A stretch of 64,000 nt of DNA from Cycas panzhihuaensis (taxonomy: Eukaryota > Plantae > Cycadophyta): assembly GCA_023213395.1 (NCBI GenBank), contig CM041465.1, positions 137,213,741-137,277,740 on the forward strand. The letters run 5' to 3'. The stretch's first letter is position 1. Each line of letters opens with the position of its first letter. Positions 63,539 through 64,000 of this stretch are shown in pieces. The translations under genes were made by a program, and so were the position numbers. Under the pieces are notes generated by a model, which saw nothing but the letters and a program-made list of their open reading frames with translations, did not search any database and was not told the DNA's origin.

Positions 63539-64000
63539 TCATGAGTAAAACATCTTAAGGAATTTCCCATTAACGGCTTTCTCAAATTCAAGACCCTCCA
63601 GGGTGGCGATCCTGTAGGCGCTGTTACCAAGGCTTTCGATAATGACAAAGGGGCCAACCCATCTGGGCCTAAATTTGGCCAAGTAGTTGTGAAGATATTC
63701 CAGTTTGAGGACATGGTCCCGGGGAAATAAAGGACAGGAACGAAGATGTTTATCGTAGGTCCTTTGTGAGCGAGCTTTGGATGCTAGGTTAGCTTGGTAG
63801 GCAGCTAAGCGTCTCTCACCCAAAGCTTCGAGGTCCAGGAGGCGAGCCTGGTGGATCAACTCCTCATCGATGAGACCCCGAAGAGAAACTCACAGGGAGG
63901 GAATCTCAACTAGGTGGCGCACGGAGCCCGCTAAGTGCTCAAGTAAGGCTTCATCGTCTTCGAAGTAATCCACCCCATGGATGACCTTACTTCGAATAGA
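63539..64000 (-). pseudogene. Integrase C-terminus (GPF motif) fused in frame to the pre-RT spacer
   Basis: SIRSKVIHGVDYFEDDEALLEHLAGSVRHL|VEIPSL*VSLRGL...KFRPRWVGPFVI...AVNGKFLKMFYS. Confidence 0.85.

Larger units (their letters stand above)
60000..64000 (-). mobile_element. Tat-like element E3 (3' LTR missing, internally deleted, continues beyond the window)
   Basis: Colinear with E2 18935-22460 and E1 6670-10680; carries the integrase C-terminus and the antisense PMD gene. Confidence 0.88.

Overview
Eukaryotic land-plant nuclear DNA, dominated by nested and degenerate LTR retrotransposons, with one host gene. (1) Three related large Ty3/Gypsy Tat-like elements: E1 at 1-14072 (+; degenerate gag-PR-RT-RH-INT and 3' LTR), E2 at 15537-28741 (-; two ~2.49-kb LTRs, TSD GTTGT, gag-PR only) and E3 at ~60000-64000 (-; RT/RH/INT core removed by an in-frame deletion). 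All three carry, antisense to the element and upstream of the 3' LTR position, a Plant Mobile Domain (PMD) gene with its own TATA box, splice signals and T-rich 3' region. E1 and E2 also share a second antisense orphan ORF with its own TATA box. (2) Smaller elements: two Copia remnants, Gypsy remnants, and a 3.8-kb gag-protease-only element with 250-bp LTRs (TSD TGTTG) inserted in one copy of a ~2.1-kb tandem duplication. (3) An LRR receptor-like protein gene (54574-51314, -) whose single intron resembles a decayed copy of the preceding LRR exon segment, and which has one frameshift. The most notable signals are the intron-bearing antisense PMD cassette retained by non-autonomous copies, a 138-bp tract in one E2 LTR where all 17 C of the sister LTR read G, and the LRR-derived intron. 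Indels are dense in E1 and E2, so some disruptions may be assembly errors. All alignments were done by eye.
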